Source: Vicugna vicugna
Taxonomy: Eukaryota
NCBI GenBank assembly: GCA_013265495.1
Contig: MU061748.1
Span: 16,054,147 to 16,118,146 of the forward strand
Direction: 5' to 3'
DNA length: 64,000 bases
Shown here piece by piece: positions 37,701 to 52,099 of this stretch (positions within the stretch are counted from its first letter, which is position 1; each line of letters starts with the position of its first letter). The notes under the pieces are model-generated. The model was not told where the DNA came from, did no database searches, and saw only the letters and a program-made list of their open reading frames with translations. Made by a program: the position numbers and the translations under genes.

Positions 37701-40700
37701 GCTAGACCAGGGAGCCATCTCCCCCTCTGTCCCTTCTTTGGGACGTGAACACATGGGGCTCTAATTCACATAGTGAAGCCTATGCTGTTCGTGGTGCCAT
37801 GAATAACGCATTCCTGTCTCTGACCCTGAAGTCTCGAATCTTCCAGCAGCATCCACAGCACAGTAAGAGGGTAACTTACTAGTCTGTAAAGCAGGTGAGA
37901 TCAAATCCCACACCTTACAGGACACTGATATCATTCTGCTCTTTTGAATGTGACAGGGAAATCGCTCCATAATGTCATTTTTCCTACTGATTTCCTAATT
38001 CTACAAGTGTCCGAGTGTGAACACATTTTTAATGTTCTTCTGTAACTGAATTAAAATAAAATAGCATTAGGCAACTTTATTACCTAAGGGTCTGCATGTA
38101 AAATCTTCACTTTATTACCCAGGAGAATAGTGGCATTTCTCAGTGAAGGAGAAATGCTCAGGGACAATGAAGGGGGAGAAGTAACGATTCCACTCCTTTT
38201 CCCATAAGTTTAATGGGAGAGGAAGAGGGAGGAAAGCAGAAGAAACACGACGTAAAAACATCAACGGTTACTTCAAAGAACGGACATTGTTTGAAGGACT
38301 TACCAAAGTACCTGAAGCATATTTATGCAAGTGCTAAAATAAACAATTATGGTGGATTGGGGTGGCCTGCAAAGCAAGCTGCATTTTTTTAAATAGTAAA
38401 GATTATTGCAGGGGTAAAATTCTACAAATCCCTGGCTTAGAGTTCCATGGTAAAGTTCAGAAGGTAAAAGATTTAAACAGAGAACATTTTGATGCCCTAT
38501 AAAATCTCTTGATCTTATTTTAAATTATTTCTAAAGCTTCAAGGTTTTACCATATTTCTCTAAAATTCAAAGTTATGAACCTTCAGTTACATCTGCTTTT
38601 CAGATTCCTTTTGGGTTCACAGGTACAAGAGAAAAAGCTTCCAACAGTAACTTAGGAGAGGAGGGTAGCTGCTTTGGGCCTGAGCAGCATTTCTTATAAA
38701 AGGAAGCAGGCTGTCCTAAATAAAAAATAAAGAAAAGACAGACTGGCAAGGTTCTATTAATTTATGCCATTATAAATCATAACAGCCTATCACAATTACC
38801 TCTTCATCCTTACCCTAGTGCCTCATTTTTATTTCAGTGTTAAACTTTGCACAAGATTAAACACTGTCTTTCCTTTCAGGCAACAAAAGAAGAGGTACAG
38901 CAGATTTCACTTAGCAAAATGCACGTCTTCGATTGGTAATTTTAAAATTAGCTGAAGTAAAAGTGAGAACCTTGGTGCAATCATTTAGCCTTTTGCCCAT
39001 TAAAAGAGCATTTTAATTTGTGGTTTAGACAGCTAGTCATGCTCACACATGTTTTTCAGACATTTCCCAGAAATAACCCTAATGATATCTTCCTCAGAAA
39101 ACAGAACACACACACACTACATGTTGGCAAGATTATTTTCGATTGTGAATATGTTACTTAACAGACTTGAATGCCGTTCATTCTGAAATAAAGGGAGAAA
39201 ACGACTTAAATTCTAATGAAGTACTTAGAACTTTACTTTTTTAAATAATTGTAGCTTCTTGATGCAAACAGCCATTATTGAAATTACACCTGAAAGACGG
39301 TTTCATAAATGTTCAGAGGAAAAAGTAAGACCCACAAGAGATAGTTCAATAATGTTTGCAGCCTGAAAATGGAGATGGCATTTTAATTGCTTCTAAATTC
39401 AAACCTCTAACCCAGGGCTCAGAGCTGGCCATCAGACATCAAATGGAGGCAGAGACATCCCTGTTCCTGTCCGCTTTCCCATGGGGAGCACCAGGGCCCA
39501 GTACAGTGGCTCCCTGGTACCTCACGGTGGTTACAGCAAGAGGCCCCATAGAGCTGCTCTGGAGAAATACTTCTTTTCAATGTTTTATTCTTTCATTAAC
39601 CTCCATCATTATAATCAATTTCAGTAGCTATATGTGGTTTATTAATAAAATAATAAAGGAATAAGATCATCTTGAAGTCTCCTCACCCCTCTGCACCTTC
39701 ATAATTTCAACTATACAATGAGAGAGTTGATCTTCCATGTATAATCAGGGTCCAACATCATATTTAATTAGTAAATGTAAGATACTTATTTTCCAAATTG
39801 ATACTCAAAAAAATAAATAAATAAAAGATAAAGGACTGCCTCAGGGTTAACAAGTTATCAAAGTTAATAACCCCCTGCACACATCCTAAAGCTTGGATTA
39901 AATAGTTTCAACGTGGTGCCCCAGGCACAGTGGGCATGCCTTTCCTGTCAATTCTCTTCCATTTCCAAGCCTGTCCCAGGTGTCTCCAGATGATACACCT
40001 CTAAATCAAGTGAATGCTTAACTTCTTCAGAGATGTCGCCTTGTCTTAGATTTCTCTGTGTCTCGCAAATGGTCGAGCACACTGCTGAGGAATCAATATA
40101 TATTCAGTACCTAAGGCTGATGAAGGGATCTTTGAAATATATTGACCCTGACTAGCAGGCTCCAAAGATTTCTGATGAAAACTGTCCAGCTCACCCTGCA
40201 GATTGCCAGTTCTGTGCCCCACAACACTTCTTCCACTGTCCTGCTAGAAAGACCGCAGAACTTACAATAGCAGAACCAACATTCGCTGTTTCTTCAGCAG
40301 TAACAACAAACAGCAGTCTTCAGGGATACACCAGCAGACTGGGAGGGCGAGCCCAGGGTGCTGCAGCCTTCTGTCTCAGCGGTTTATTACCAGAAATTTC
40401 CCTCAAAGCTTAAAGATAATACATGTGGAATTAATTAGGTACCTGTGTGTTACTGATCAATATTTTAAAATATGAGAAAACTTTTTAAATGGTTACAAGT
40501 CATCTTTTTTTTTACTTAAACTTCATTTCTAGTAACAATTCCAATACATCTTTGCAATTTACAACGCATGAGGCTGCTATCCTGCGATGTTTTGAAACCC
40601 TAATTCTACAGCCCCAAAAAATTTAATCGACAACAATGCTGGGTTTTTACAAAATTTCTCTTCTCTTCCTTTATCCTCATCTTCTGGCTTCAGACTTAAC

Positions 40701-42979
40701 CTTTGCCCTTTCAAAATATGAAAGATTTTGGAAACTATTTTTAAATTTTTCTAGGTTTTACTATGTTAATCATAATACCATTTCATTAAAAAATGCTCAA
40801 ATTCCAATGATACCTTTGTTAAAAGTACACATAAGTTAGTAATTTCACATATTCCACGTTCTTCTAACTCGGATTTATTCAAAAGATCTGCTGCACAAAG
40901 TAATAATTAGTTTTCAAATCTACTGGACAACCTGATAATTCTGATTGGCTGACATTGACTTCACTAAAAGCAAAGTCTACCACGCAGTTGAATGGTACTG
41001 CTTTTTTACATACATAAGCACAAATGTCCCAGAAGCAGCCTAAATTAGGCAAATGAATAAAAGCTGCAAAACTATTCCAGCGCTGTTCTGGGGCACAGCA
41101 GACATCTGGGGCAGGAGACTCACTGGTTCAACCTGCCTGATCTCTTGCCAAGATTACTAACACTCTTCAACACCAAGCATCCAAACAGGTCTGTTCAAAA
41201 CAATATTTTAAGGGTTTTCAACTAGTCACATTCATTCTTCAGATTTCTCTTGGCCATTTCAGAGGCAAAAGCTGGCCAGTGTGTCTCTTCCATGCAGTCG
41301 TTGCTGTGGGTCCGTTGATGTTGAGAGCGTGGCCCTGCTGGGCTGTCCTCTAGCAGCAGTGTTCTTGTTTTCAGGCCACTGACACCATATAATGGGATCA
41401 CCCCACTAAACCCACGCATTTCAGGGGATACTGAATGTTCTCCTAAAGCACTAAAAGCAGTCATCTATTTTCAAATGGGGAAATTAATGTAACACAAAAA
41501 AGCGTCTATCAGCAAACCACAGCAGTTTTTAATCACTTTTAATCTAAATCTTCCACAAAAGTGCTTTGACTGATTTGAGTTACCATTTTAATGATACTTA
41601 TTCCATCTCTTGAAATGAGATGGGCTGCTGTTTGAAAACAAAGATCATTCCGAATGCTACAGAAGGGTTTTTATCATTGTTTTTAAAGCAAAGGAAGTCT
41701 TTAAACACACCCAGTGGGAGCTTTTAATAGATCACAGATAAGGTGCTTTGGTGCAACCAAAGGTACTGCATTATACAACAGAGCCAGTTTATGTGGTTTT
41801 CAAAACAAATTTCAACTGGAATTTTAGGGCATCTGAACATGCTCACTTTAAGCCATCCTGTAGAGTCTAATGATCCCTTTAATAGTATCTGAGAAAAAAA
41901 CTACCCATTGTCAACAATTAGAGACTGAAATGCAGTACTTGGCAGATTTGGGGCGAGGTGTCTCAGCATTTTTCATGATTAGGTTATTACACTGATACCT
42001 ACTTTTGTGTTCAAAATAGGTGCCAGTATATTAGCATACTTCGAAAACAGAATTTTAGATAAATCTTATCAAGTAACTAGGGTCAATAATCTACTCTAAA
42101 CTAGAATATCTTATGAATTCAATTGCTATTTCCCAAATAACTGATTATCTCTTTAAAAATCCTTTTTCTTTAGCCTTGATGACTGGAAATCTTTCAAAAA
42201 GCCTATCGTGGACATGGACTTCCGTGCTTTCTGAAACAGAGCACACTGAACTCAACTTTACACTCAGGCAGAGAGAGAAGCAGAAAGGCAGCCAGCCTGC
42301 TGTCTGACTCCAAATCAGGAGATCTGGTCCTGAAACTCAAACCCTTCGCTTGCTAACTGGGTTATGAGACAGTAACTTTTGAACTGTTAAACTACCTCAA
42401 GCTCCTGTAATAATGCCGTCAAAGGCGAGGCAGGTGGATCGGAGCTGATGGTATCCTCTCCCCAAAATGCCCCCAAACTGCTACACTTTTTAATTCTTAT
42501 ACTTGCTAGACTTACCTTTGCCCCTTTAGGTTTTTACTAGTTAATGGTTTTTATTGCCGTCAATGCACCTACAATAAAGCTCTTTCTTCACTTTGCCCCG
42601 TCAAATGGCCCGTTATGGTTTATGATATCAGATCATAATCATGTCTGTGTGTATTAGCTGTAATCTCTTATTTGCACAGTGCACGGGCTTTCACGCATGG
42701 ATTTTGTGAGGCGGGTCTGCCTGGATGCTCGGGGGCCTCTTCCACTTCTTTTCAGGGTCCTGATTATGCTTTATATTACTCTATACATTAAGACTATCCA
42801 AAAAGTCAACAGTGCTTCCCAAATGTAAAAATAAGTACTTTCAGTTACTTGCAGATAAATTCTGTTAGTAACAGACCAATTTTCAAGTTCATGCAGTTAA
42901 TGGCAAATCCAGAACTAAACTCCAAGGCCCCTATCTCTCAGTTTAGGATTTTTTATCTTCTTAAAGAAATGTTCCATGT

Positions 42980-44290
42980 ATTTTGCCTTCTTTTCCTAAC
43001 TACTTATTTCCTCCTGAATCCCTCACACTGATTCTCCCCATTCTAATGAAGCCGTTCTATCAAAAATTCCCAGCGTTTCAGATCCAAATGCTTGCCCACC
43101 CACCCCCCTTCTCCGTGACTTTCTCTGCAGGGTGCTACCCTTCTGGGTGGTCCTTCTCCCGACTCTTGTGTCACCCCTTGATGATACACTACCCAGTCCT
43201 TCTCCAGCTCTTCCAAGTACTTCTCTCCTCTTTTCTTCAACAATTACTTTCCCTCTTCAAATCCCATGAGCGGCATTTCTGAAAGCATAGTACCCAGCCC
43301 TCTTCTGGTCTCCCTCTAGCTGGAAAAGACCCAAGTTGGAGTTGCTATGCTTGATCTTGAAACCAATGTTGCAATTGCCCAGAGCGGGGGGTGAGAAGGG
43401 ATGGCAGTTCTACCACCTTACTACTGATACTTCAAGTAAATTGGGAGTTCGAGATTTGCAGATACTAACTACTATATATAAAATAAACAATAAGTTCATA
43501 CTGTATAGCACAGGGAACTATATTCAATACCTTGTAGTAATCCATAATGAAAAAGAATATGAAAAGGAATACATGTATGCATATGTATAACTGAAACATT
43601 ATGCTGTGCACTATAAATTGACACTATTATAAACTGACTATCTGTCAATTTAAAAAAAAGTATTCTCTGAAAAAAAAAAGAATTCAAAACAAGTTTCTAT
43701 TCATTCTCACTGAACTGGTTTCCTCTCCCAACTTGCTGGTCTCCCAACTCGGTCACTCCTCCCCACCACCACCCCCGACACCCGAATCCCTGAGAACGCC
43801 AAGCCGGCACCCTCTCATCCACTCTACAACCACCCTGTGATTCCATCTCAACCACTGCTTCTTTACAGATCCTCCAGTATCAGCTGTGAACCCTGTATGT
43901 CCATTCTCACCACATGATGAAAGCCAGCACCAGGTTTCCATTTCTTCGTATCTCAGCTGGAGATCCTGTTGTATCAACAGAGAGACTGTGACGTCACACG
44001 TGTACCATAGACACAAGCCTTGGTTTTTGTCCCCATCACTTTCGTTGTAGCTATTACCCTAGGCTCTCATTATCTTAAAACCAGGCACGTCCTACTGCAG
44101 CTGTAGAGGTGGTCTCCCTGGCTGGAGCTTCCCTCCATGTGAACTGGTCCTAGATTTTCTACCTGTTTTTCGTTAAATGTTGCTTTGAACACGTCACTAT
44201 ATAATAAAGAAACTCTTGGCTGTCACTTATCACCTAAAATGTAAACTCCTTCGTCAGGTTTCAAAGCTCTTCATAGTGACCAAAGTTGCA
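42980..44290 (+). mobile_element. L2 fragments, interrupted by a young L1 tail
   Basis: Pyrimidine-rich L2-like sequence (tccttctccgtgactttctctgc; cttatcacctaaaatgtaaactcctt). Confidence 0.45.
43434..43680 (+). mobile_element. L1 3'UTR fragment, camelid/cetartiodactyl type
   Basis: gggagttcgagatttgcagatact...ctgtatagcacagggaactatattcaatacc; homologous to 18265-18500. Confidence 0.92.
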
Positions 44291-44510
44291 CTTACTGAGG
44301 GTCTATCAGGTGCCAGTGACTGTTATAACCATCTTACATGTATTATTTTAATTCTCCCAACAGCCCTTCAGGTAAATACTATTGTCGTTCTCCTTGTACA
44401 GACTAAGAAAGGGAGGCACAGAAAAGTTAAGCAATCTGTGCATCGTGACATAAATTCTACAGTCAGCATTTCAAATCTGATTCCAGTCGCTAAGCTCTTA
44501 AAAACAACAC
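44290..44510 (-). mobile_element. MIR SINE
   Basis: acttactgagggtctatcaggtgccag...gggaggcacagaaaagttaagcaatc. Confidence 0.8.
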
Positions 44511-44792
44511 TAAACTCCAAAATTCATAATCTTAACTAACTCTAACTATCCACCCATAACCCCTACTACACCCACATCAGTACTTCAGTCTAAACGAGAG
44601 GGGCCTGTCTCAGGTCAACTCAGTCCCATGCTTCCCTTTTTAACTCCAATGCTAAACCATCTAAATTTTATCCATGTTTCAACACTCAACTAGACTTCCC
44701 ACGTCAATGAACCTTCCCTGAGATAGTCTAATCATTTTAGTCCTGCTGACCAGATGGAAGGAATGCTCCACATCATCTTCTTTCTTGAAACT

Positions 44793-45310
44793 GATGGGGT
44801 TCCTGACATGCTACCCCAGTATATGGCACCTTGGCAAACTGACTATTTTAGTCTGAAGGCATCTGAGAAAACAGCAGAAGAAGGAAGGTCACTCTGGCTT
44901 TCCCCTCACCCTTCTCCCCTGAAACAGGTCATAAAACCCTCACGGAGAAGGTGCCCTCCCTATACCCAGAGGAAAAGAGCATCCTTATCTCTGAAGACAA
45001 AGAGACGCCAAGAAGAATCCTAACAAACAGGTCTTATCAAGCTTCCCCCATTTTACTCTGCTCACCTCACGCTCCTTAACCTGTCCTATTTCCACACAGT
45101 GGCCCACTCTCCACCCAGCCTAGCAGACATATGCTCTGGCCAAACTGTTTTTTCAGGACTTCTTTTCCTTGTGAAGGTGTCTGTGTCACGGAAAACTTAT
45201 ATTAAATAAATCTGCATGCTTTTCTCCTGTTGCTCTGTCTTTGATGGTTTAATTTCCAGACTCTGCCAGGGACTTCAGAGAGGGGAGGAAAACTTTTTTC
45301 TCCCTACTTA
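44793..45310 (+). mobile_element. ERV1-class solo LTR (MER34/MER39-like)
   Basis: tgatggggttcctgacatgctaccccagtatatggcacc start; attaaataaatctgcatgcttttctcctgtt...gaggggaggaaaactttttcctccctac end. Confidence 0.75.
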
Positions 45311-48300
45311 TTCCCTAACTCCAAGCTCTGTACAAACCCCATTGTATGTATTCAATCACTATGTATTGACTAAATTGATTTATCCACTCCAAAATGCGTA
45401 ATTCTACAGGGAAAACTTAAGAACAGCCAAAAGGGAGCTAGGCGTTCAGAAATGCCCAAAGTCAGGAAGAAAAACAAAAAAAGATCAGGAGACAACAGAG
45501 GCATAAAAATGAGTTGTCAGAAGCCTGTGAGTAACTTTGTTTCACAGCTACCCCAGTGCAAAGAACTATGACATTAGTGTAAATCACCTGCTGGATCCGG
45601 CAAATTACCTCATTAAATGTGGTAACAGAGACAAATTAATACTTTCCAAGAAGTATTTTTAATTCCATATTAAGATTTCAAAAGTTAATTTATTTTAAGG
45701 GGTTATTTCAATTATATATACGTTTTTCTCACTCTAAAAAAAATCTAACAAAAAAAGGATAGTAGAAAAATAATCACATTCAGTTCACTCTATGCATAAT
45801 AACTTTTCCTGGGTTTTCGGCTAGCTTTATTCCTATCAGCTTTAAGAACAATATTAAAAATCTTAATCGGATTCTAAAATCACTTTATCCATATATACAT
45901 TCAGAGTCAAGAAGACTTTATAAGAAAACAGGGTTTTTTAATTTAATGGCTCCCTAACCCTACCATAGCCCCATCCCCTTCCATACAGTGGGTTCAGGTT
46001 CCAGTCCTCTCTTACAGTATGAAGACAAACATCTGGCTTTTGTTACACAACAGAATCGTCCATTTACAGAGACAGCTAATAGTGAGTGCTGGGTGTGTGA
46101 GGTAGTGTCATGGGGTCTCTGTCTATATATACCCTGCAGCTGCAGGGCTCTGTGATTCCCAGCTCTCTGGGTATCATGCAAAGTCAAATGCCAGATCAAA
46201 AAATAAATTTCAGAGCCAGCAGGATCAAATCAAGGGACGCCGATTCCCTTTGCGCTCTCCATCTGAGCAGTATCTTACATCCACTTTATCAGCACCTGGC
46301 CTGACACAGCTGCTCTCATCTTGCAGGCTAAAAATAAGATGCCTGATCTAAAACTGTGAGGGACAATATGAAGAAGCCAGGTTTCATTAAAGGCTTATTT
46401 CAATTTCTTAATGAAAAGAAAAACTGATGAGACATATATGTATGCAAGTGTATACATAAGTATACATACACATGCATATAGATATAAATAAATATCCATT
46501 GGAGACACAAATGTTTCACTTTTACCCTTTGGGATCAACGTTCTCTATTTTCTTGTACATTGGAAATGTATATGATGATCTAGTGATACGTGATTGGCTG
46601 ACATCTACTACTCCTCACTAAAAACACAGTAACAATGGCCCAGATGAGCCCTGAGCAACATTGTTGGTATAAACCATCAGCTGCTTTGTTTCTGAGGCCA
46701 AATCATTTTGAAACAGCTGGAATTTTTTTCCTCTATGGTCTGTGACCTCTGTGGTTTCCTCTAGGGTGTTTTTTCCTCTATAGTATCCTCTTGCTAATTG
46801 TTTCTTGACAGAGAACTATAGTTGTGATTTTAACTTGTCACGTATTATTTAAAAGTCTCTGATAGAGGAATGGGCATAATATTTTAACTTTTAAATATTA
46901 GGTAAGGTAGCATCTCCCTCTAAGCTTTAAACAAAGTAAAAATTGCTGAGGGGGGATTGCTAAATAGAAAAGGGTTGGCAACCACAGCCCAATTAATTTC
47001 TAAAGCAATTTCTACCAGATTTTTAAAAATTCAGTTCAGCCACAAGACACAGAAATAAATACACTCTGGTCACCTGTGATCCACTCTCATGATCTACGAA
47101 ATGGCTGTTGTGGGGAGCTTCTGGTTGGGCAGAGCCACCTGGATTGGATGCGGGCGTGATTTATTCAGCTGTGAAGCATCTGGGTGGTCAGTGTGGAAAG
47201 GCTGAGGGGGCATTTGTGTCCCACAATGCTGGACTCTGAGGCTGCCACATAAATGGGAAATGCATCTGCAAATACGTGTCTAGAGAATTGATCGACGTGG
47301 CTAGAATACAGGCAGCGTCCTTTTAAATTCCCAACAAAAATGAAAAGTCCTCTCCTATCCTTTTTGCTCCATTGTGAAGAGCTAAGTACCAGTACTTACG
47401 GTAGTCCTAAGCATTGTACCAGAACTTCATTTTCTAGTGCTGTTGGAGAAATACTGAGTCGAGCTTGGCTACTTAAGTGGGAGAACGAGAAACTATGATT
47501 AGTTTATTTTAATTATGGTTAATTTCCAGATATCCACTGACCCAAGCATCTTTGCATCGGCCACACCCTTTTCGCCCTTCCTGTAATAGCTCCTGCTTAG
47601 TCCGGTGAGTGCCATGCAGATATTTAATAAATGTTCTGAAAGGTTTTTACTAATTTATTTTGGATACAGCACCGTCCTCAGCATGGTGTAAATGTAAAGA
47701 CACTGATGACAACTAAACTCCAGGTTTTTAAGGACTTACATGTGACATCTCAGTTACAGGACCCTACCTTTAGAAAACACACAGAATAGTTTATCTATTT
47801 GTTTTTCTCTCTGAGAGAAGATGTTCTTAAGTGTCAGGTAATCATCTAAAATCTTATCAGACTGTTCCTTCTCTTTCTGCTATTTTGACAAAGTATTATT
47901 CGGGCTGAAAAAAATAAGGCACGACGTGAGTGAAAAAACTGCTTGTAGTTTCAATCAGTCGTGTTCACGTTGGTCACGCCTTCCAGCTTTCCACCATGCA
48001 CTTACATTCTAGTCCAAGAGTTAATCTGGGGCTGGCACAGATTTCTACATTTAAAAGCTGGCTCACTGGAGTCTCTTTAATGTCTCAACTGGAAGTTCAG
48101 CCTGAATAATCACCCTCCTGGCCTGGGGCACCTCTGAAAGCATGTCCAGAATCTGGCTTTCCATTGCATTGCTTTGAGAGCTATTCTTCGTGTCCACTTT
48201 TCTTTAAATTAGCAAGTAAGACTGACAATCCTCCAGACTCAGTTCAGACAGTAGTTTCTAATTAGATGATTGGAAAACTTTAATTAATAAGATGACCCCA

Positions 48301-50309
48301 GCAGAAAAATCAGGTCGTACTGTTAAGCACTTAGAACTTACAAATTCTAGCAAGTGCTGACTTTTGCAAGTCAGCCAACTTTGTTAGTTCTCCACAATCC
48401 TTTAATTAGGCTAGACAGAAAGTAGCAGGCACTAATGTGTGTCCTGGCTAAATTCCAGTGGGGGAGAAATGCAATTTGGCCTACCTAAGCTTCCACTGGT
48501 TTCCTGTGAATCCAGTAGGCTTCTCCTTTCTCTGTCTCTATTTCATTCCGCACTGATGCTTTACGTGGGCTCCGCTTTTCACCCTGAGCACTACAGATCA
48601 TCCCGTTAAAGAGAAACCTACCACATCCAGAAGAACAATGCACTAAATGCATAGTGTATTCTAAGAAAACCCACTTCCCTCTTCACACAGATAGCCAGAA
48701 CACCTAAGTCAGTTCCTATAAACAGCATCATTTTTATCTTCCCCCTTGCTCTCACCCTGCACCCACTACACCTCTCGCCACACACACACTCCTTTCACAC
48801 ACCTAAACCTTCAAAGGATCCAAGTACATCTTGAGGAGGATGGCACATACCTGCTAATAAGAAAAATTTCACATACACCTGATTCCAAGTTCATTAAGTT
48901 TTTTTTTTTTAAATCTTGCCTCTATTCCTGCTATTTTGCTCTGGACCGTGTTAAAGAAAAATGCATAAGGTGCTGTGTTAATTGATCACTATACAAATAT
49001 GAAGCTGGACAAGCGCCTTCTAGCCTGGATCTCCCAGAAAGAGGCAATACTTAAATGCAAGATTTAATCATAAAATCAAGTTAAAAGGAACTTCACAAAG
49101 CCTATCATTTACTCCCCTCTCCAGGCATGTGGAGTAGAGTGCACCAAGACTGAGTTACCAAAAGAAGTCAAGTTGGAACAAGAGAAATGACACAGTCTAA
49201 GAGGAAAATTTAAAAGCTGAATCTCTGCTGTTTTACTATACTTTCTTTAGCAAAGACTGGGCCTTCTGGTGAATCAGGATATCAAATATTAAAATGCTTG
49301 TTGTATATTCTTGGGTTTGTGGGCTCACCTAAGAAATACAAATAATGTTTTTAATTGCAAGTTCCTGAAGGGCAGGAATTACCATTTGTGCATATGTGTG
49401 TGTGCATGTGTTTCCCGCAGAGCAAGGAAAACTTTCCCAATTCTTTAGTCTTAAAAATTGTTTAATTTTTAAGTTAAAATCATGATTAACATGTATCCAG
49501 AACTTTTACTGAATTAAGAATTCATAACTTGACCCCAAACTTCTCACACCTCACTCTTGATGTAAACAATTACACACTTACCTCAAAATTAAGATGTATT
49601 CCTTATCTGAAATCTTTCTTAACTAAGAAATTTCACAAAGATATACATACTATGTGCACATGTTAGCAGACCAGCAGATCCAGGAGAGGACAAATTAGAA
49701 GTGTCAAATAATCATCGACAGTCTTTACTGGCACCAAAGGAAAGATGACATTCCCTGAGTCTTACATAACATCCACCTGGCTCAAGCTAAACCGAGCAAA
49801 ACAGCCAAGAATGCAAAAGCTTGGCTGAGCACACAACTGACCATAAAAAGTAGCTTTCAAATAAGTCTAGATTCTGTGTTGCCTCTCCCGTCGATATGCC
49901 CACAAATGCCTACTTGGCACTCCCCTTCCCTCGTGGACCTCTCAAACCACCTCCCATCCCCTCCATCTTTCCTCCCACTGTCCCCGGAACGTCATTGCTG
50001 CTCACCCACCAGCCTGCTCTCTGTACTTACTAGCTGCTTGGAAACACAATAAAATCATCTAGAGAGCTCTCAAAATGTCTAGATGGCTAGGTTGCTTTCC
50101 CGAAGATTCTATTTCCATAGATCAAGGGGACGACTGTGATCCAGGGCCACGGTGCTCCACAGGGCAGGGCTCTCACAGGTCCACGGCGGCCGGGCTCCAG
50201 CCTTCCCTTCATGACGGCCAACACTGTCCTCTGGACAACGTAAAATTGTATTATGAGGAAACCTGCTTTATTTCTAAGTGCTCTTTCTCGCACCTTGCTT
50301 TTTTTTAGC

Positions 50310-50512
50310 TCAGTGGATCTCAACGAGGGGGCTATTTTGCAATTTGCCAATGTCTGCAGACGTTTTTCGTTGTCACAATGGGAAGGATGCGACCAGCATC
50401 TGGTGGGCAGAGGCCAGGGAGGCTGCCGCACATCCCACAATGCACAGAACAGCCCCCACTGCAGAGAACCATCCAGTCCGAAATGGCAATATTGCTGAAG
50501 CTGAGAAAGAGC
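50310..50512. mobile_element. MER20 (hAT-Charlie)
   Basis: cagtggatctcaac...ggcagaggccagggaggctgccgcacatcccacaatgcacagaacagccccc...gctgagaaa. Confidence 0.9.
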
Positions 50513-50529
50513 TTTGCCTGCAGCCTGCC

Positions 50530-51860
50530 TTTTCCCTTCCTTAATCACTCCACTCATACACTCATTAAACCAGCATTTCCATTCCTCCCAATTCATCCTC
50601 CTCACCCCAGCTGCCTCCTGGCTCTCCCTAACCATCCTTCTTTTCTAGCTCCAATCACCTGCTTAAACCAAGCTCTCCCCAAATTATACAAATATCTACA
50701 ATCCCCACAACACCCTTGTTCCCTCCTGGCTGTGTTCCTTTTCAGTCCCACATTTCTGATCATTTTTAATAAGGCCAAAATACAGCAGGATAGGTCTTCT
50801 ATCAGCTGGACTCCGCTGCCGCTCATCCTTTGAGGAAACAAAACCTTCCACTCAACGTGGTGGCCAATTAAGGGCCTTTGTATCACCCAGGGAGTGCTCC
50901 CCTCCCAGACCTAAACTTCTGTGTCTGCTGTCTCTCCCACCAGCACCTTACCTGCCACCTTTTCTATTATCTCCCTGCTGCTGTGCCCATCACCTTATTT
51001 TCAAAGGACTGCAATGACATTCCAGTAATCTAACTACCCCTTCCTATTTTGACATCAGTCTTTCCCACTCAGTCCTACAGCTGATCAGTCATTTGATTCT
51101 CGTCGTCTCACAGACCCTCGGTTCTGTTCAATCTAAGAACGAGGAAACTGCCAATGCTGCTTTCCCATTCCAATTCTTAAGAAGTTGGGTAATGATGGAG
51201 AAGTAACTGGTTCCCCTACAAATGCACACCATCCAGTTTCACTAAGGCTTTTGATGAATTCAGCAATCCCTTACCTTACTGTGGCTTGGTCCTCAGGTTC
51301 CACACAGGGCTTGTCCCAAACCTCGGCCCTCACTCTTAACATCATGTTGTGTCTTAATCTACACAGGGAACCGGGCCATTCACCTTGACAACTAACATCT
51401 ACAGAGGCACAAACCCTACAAGGTGTAAACTCCCTCCCATAGTGCTTGAGTCCATCCACAACCTGCACCCCACCCCCACCCCCAGCCTCACCCCCCATTT
51501 CTCCTCTGGCTGCCAGTGTGTCAGACTCTTCACTGTCCCACACATACACTCGTTCATTCTCCCCTTTTTGCCTCTGTCATTTCCTCCTCTTGGGATTCTC
51601 TTTTCTCCAGCCTCCAGCTACCGAAATCCCCCCATCACACCCCAGCCCCTCACACCTTGTGCGACCAGCCTACAAGGAGATCACTCATGCCTTCCCCCAA
51701 ATCCCCTTGGCATCTCACTCTTCCTTCTCTAATCATTCTGTATCATACTGCAGGGATCTACACCAGATGTGTTCTCATATCTTTTACTGTCTTTGACAGA
51801 GGTCCAGTTTGCTTCCACTGCCCAAATCCACGCTTGGCTTCTCCTGCCTTGCATTAAACA
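50530..51860 (+). mobile_element. Degraded L2 stretch
   Basis: Long C/T-rich sequence with L2-like motifs (ctcattaaaccagcatttcc; ttcccactcagtcctacagctga). Confidence 0.4.
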
Positions 51861-52099
51861 CACACACACACACGCACGTACTTACATATGTGTGCATATA
51901 TCTTACCAATATATTATAGTTTATATCATATGTCTTCAAATGTTCCTGAATTCAATGTAGATGAATTTAAATGACTGATAAGCAAAAATCATACTTCAAT
52001 AATAAACACATACATAAATAAATATTGTTGATATGCAGACGCTCTTGACGAAATGGTAGATCCACCTTCCTCCGCCCCAAAAAAAGGAAAGAAAACAAT

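Noticed and set aside
50087-50635. Longest supplied ORF (182 aa, minus strand) and overlapping plus-strand ORFs
   Set aside because: They lie over MER20 and degraded L2 sequence, show no recognisable domain, and several frames are open at once, typical of repeat-derived chance ORFs.
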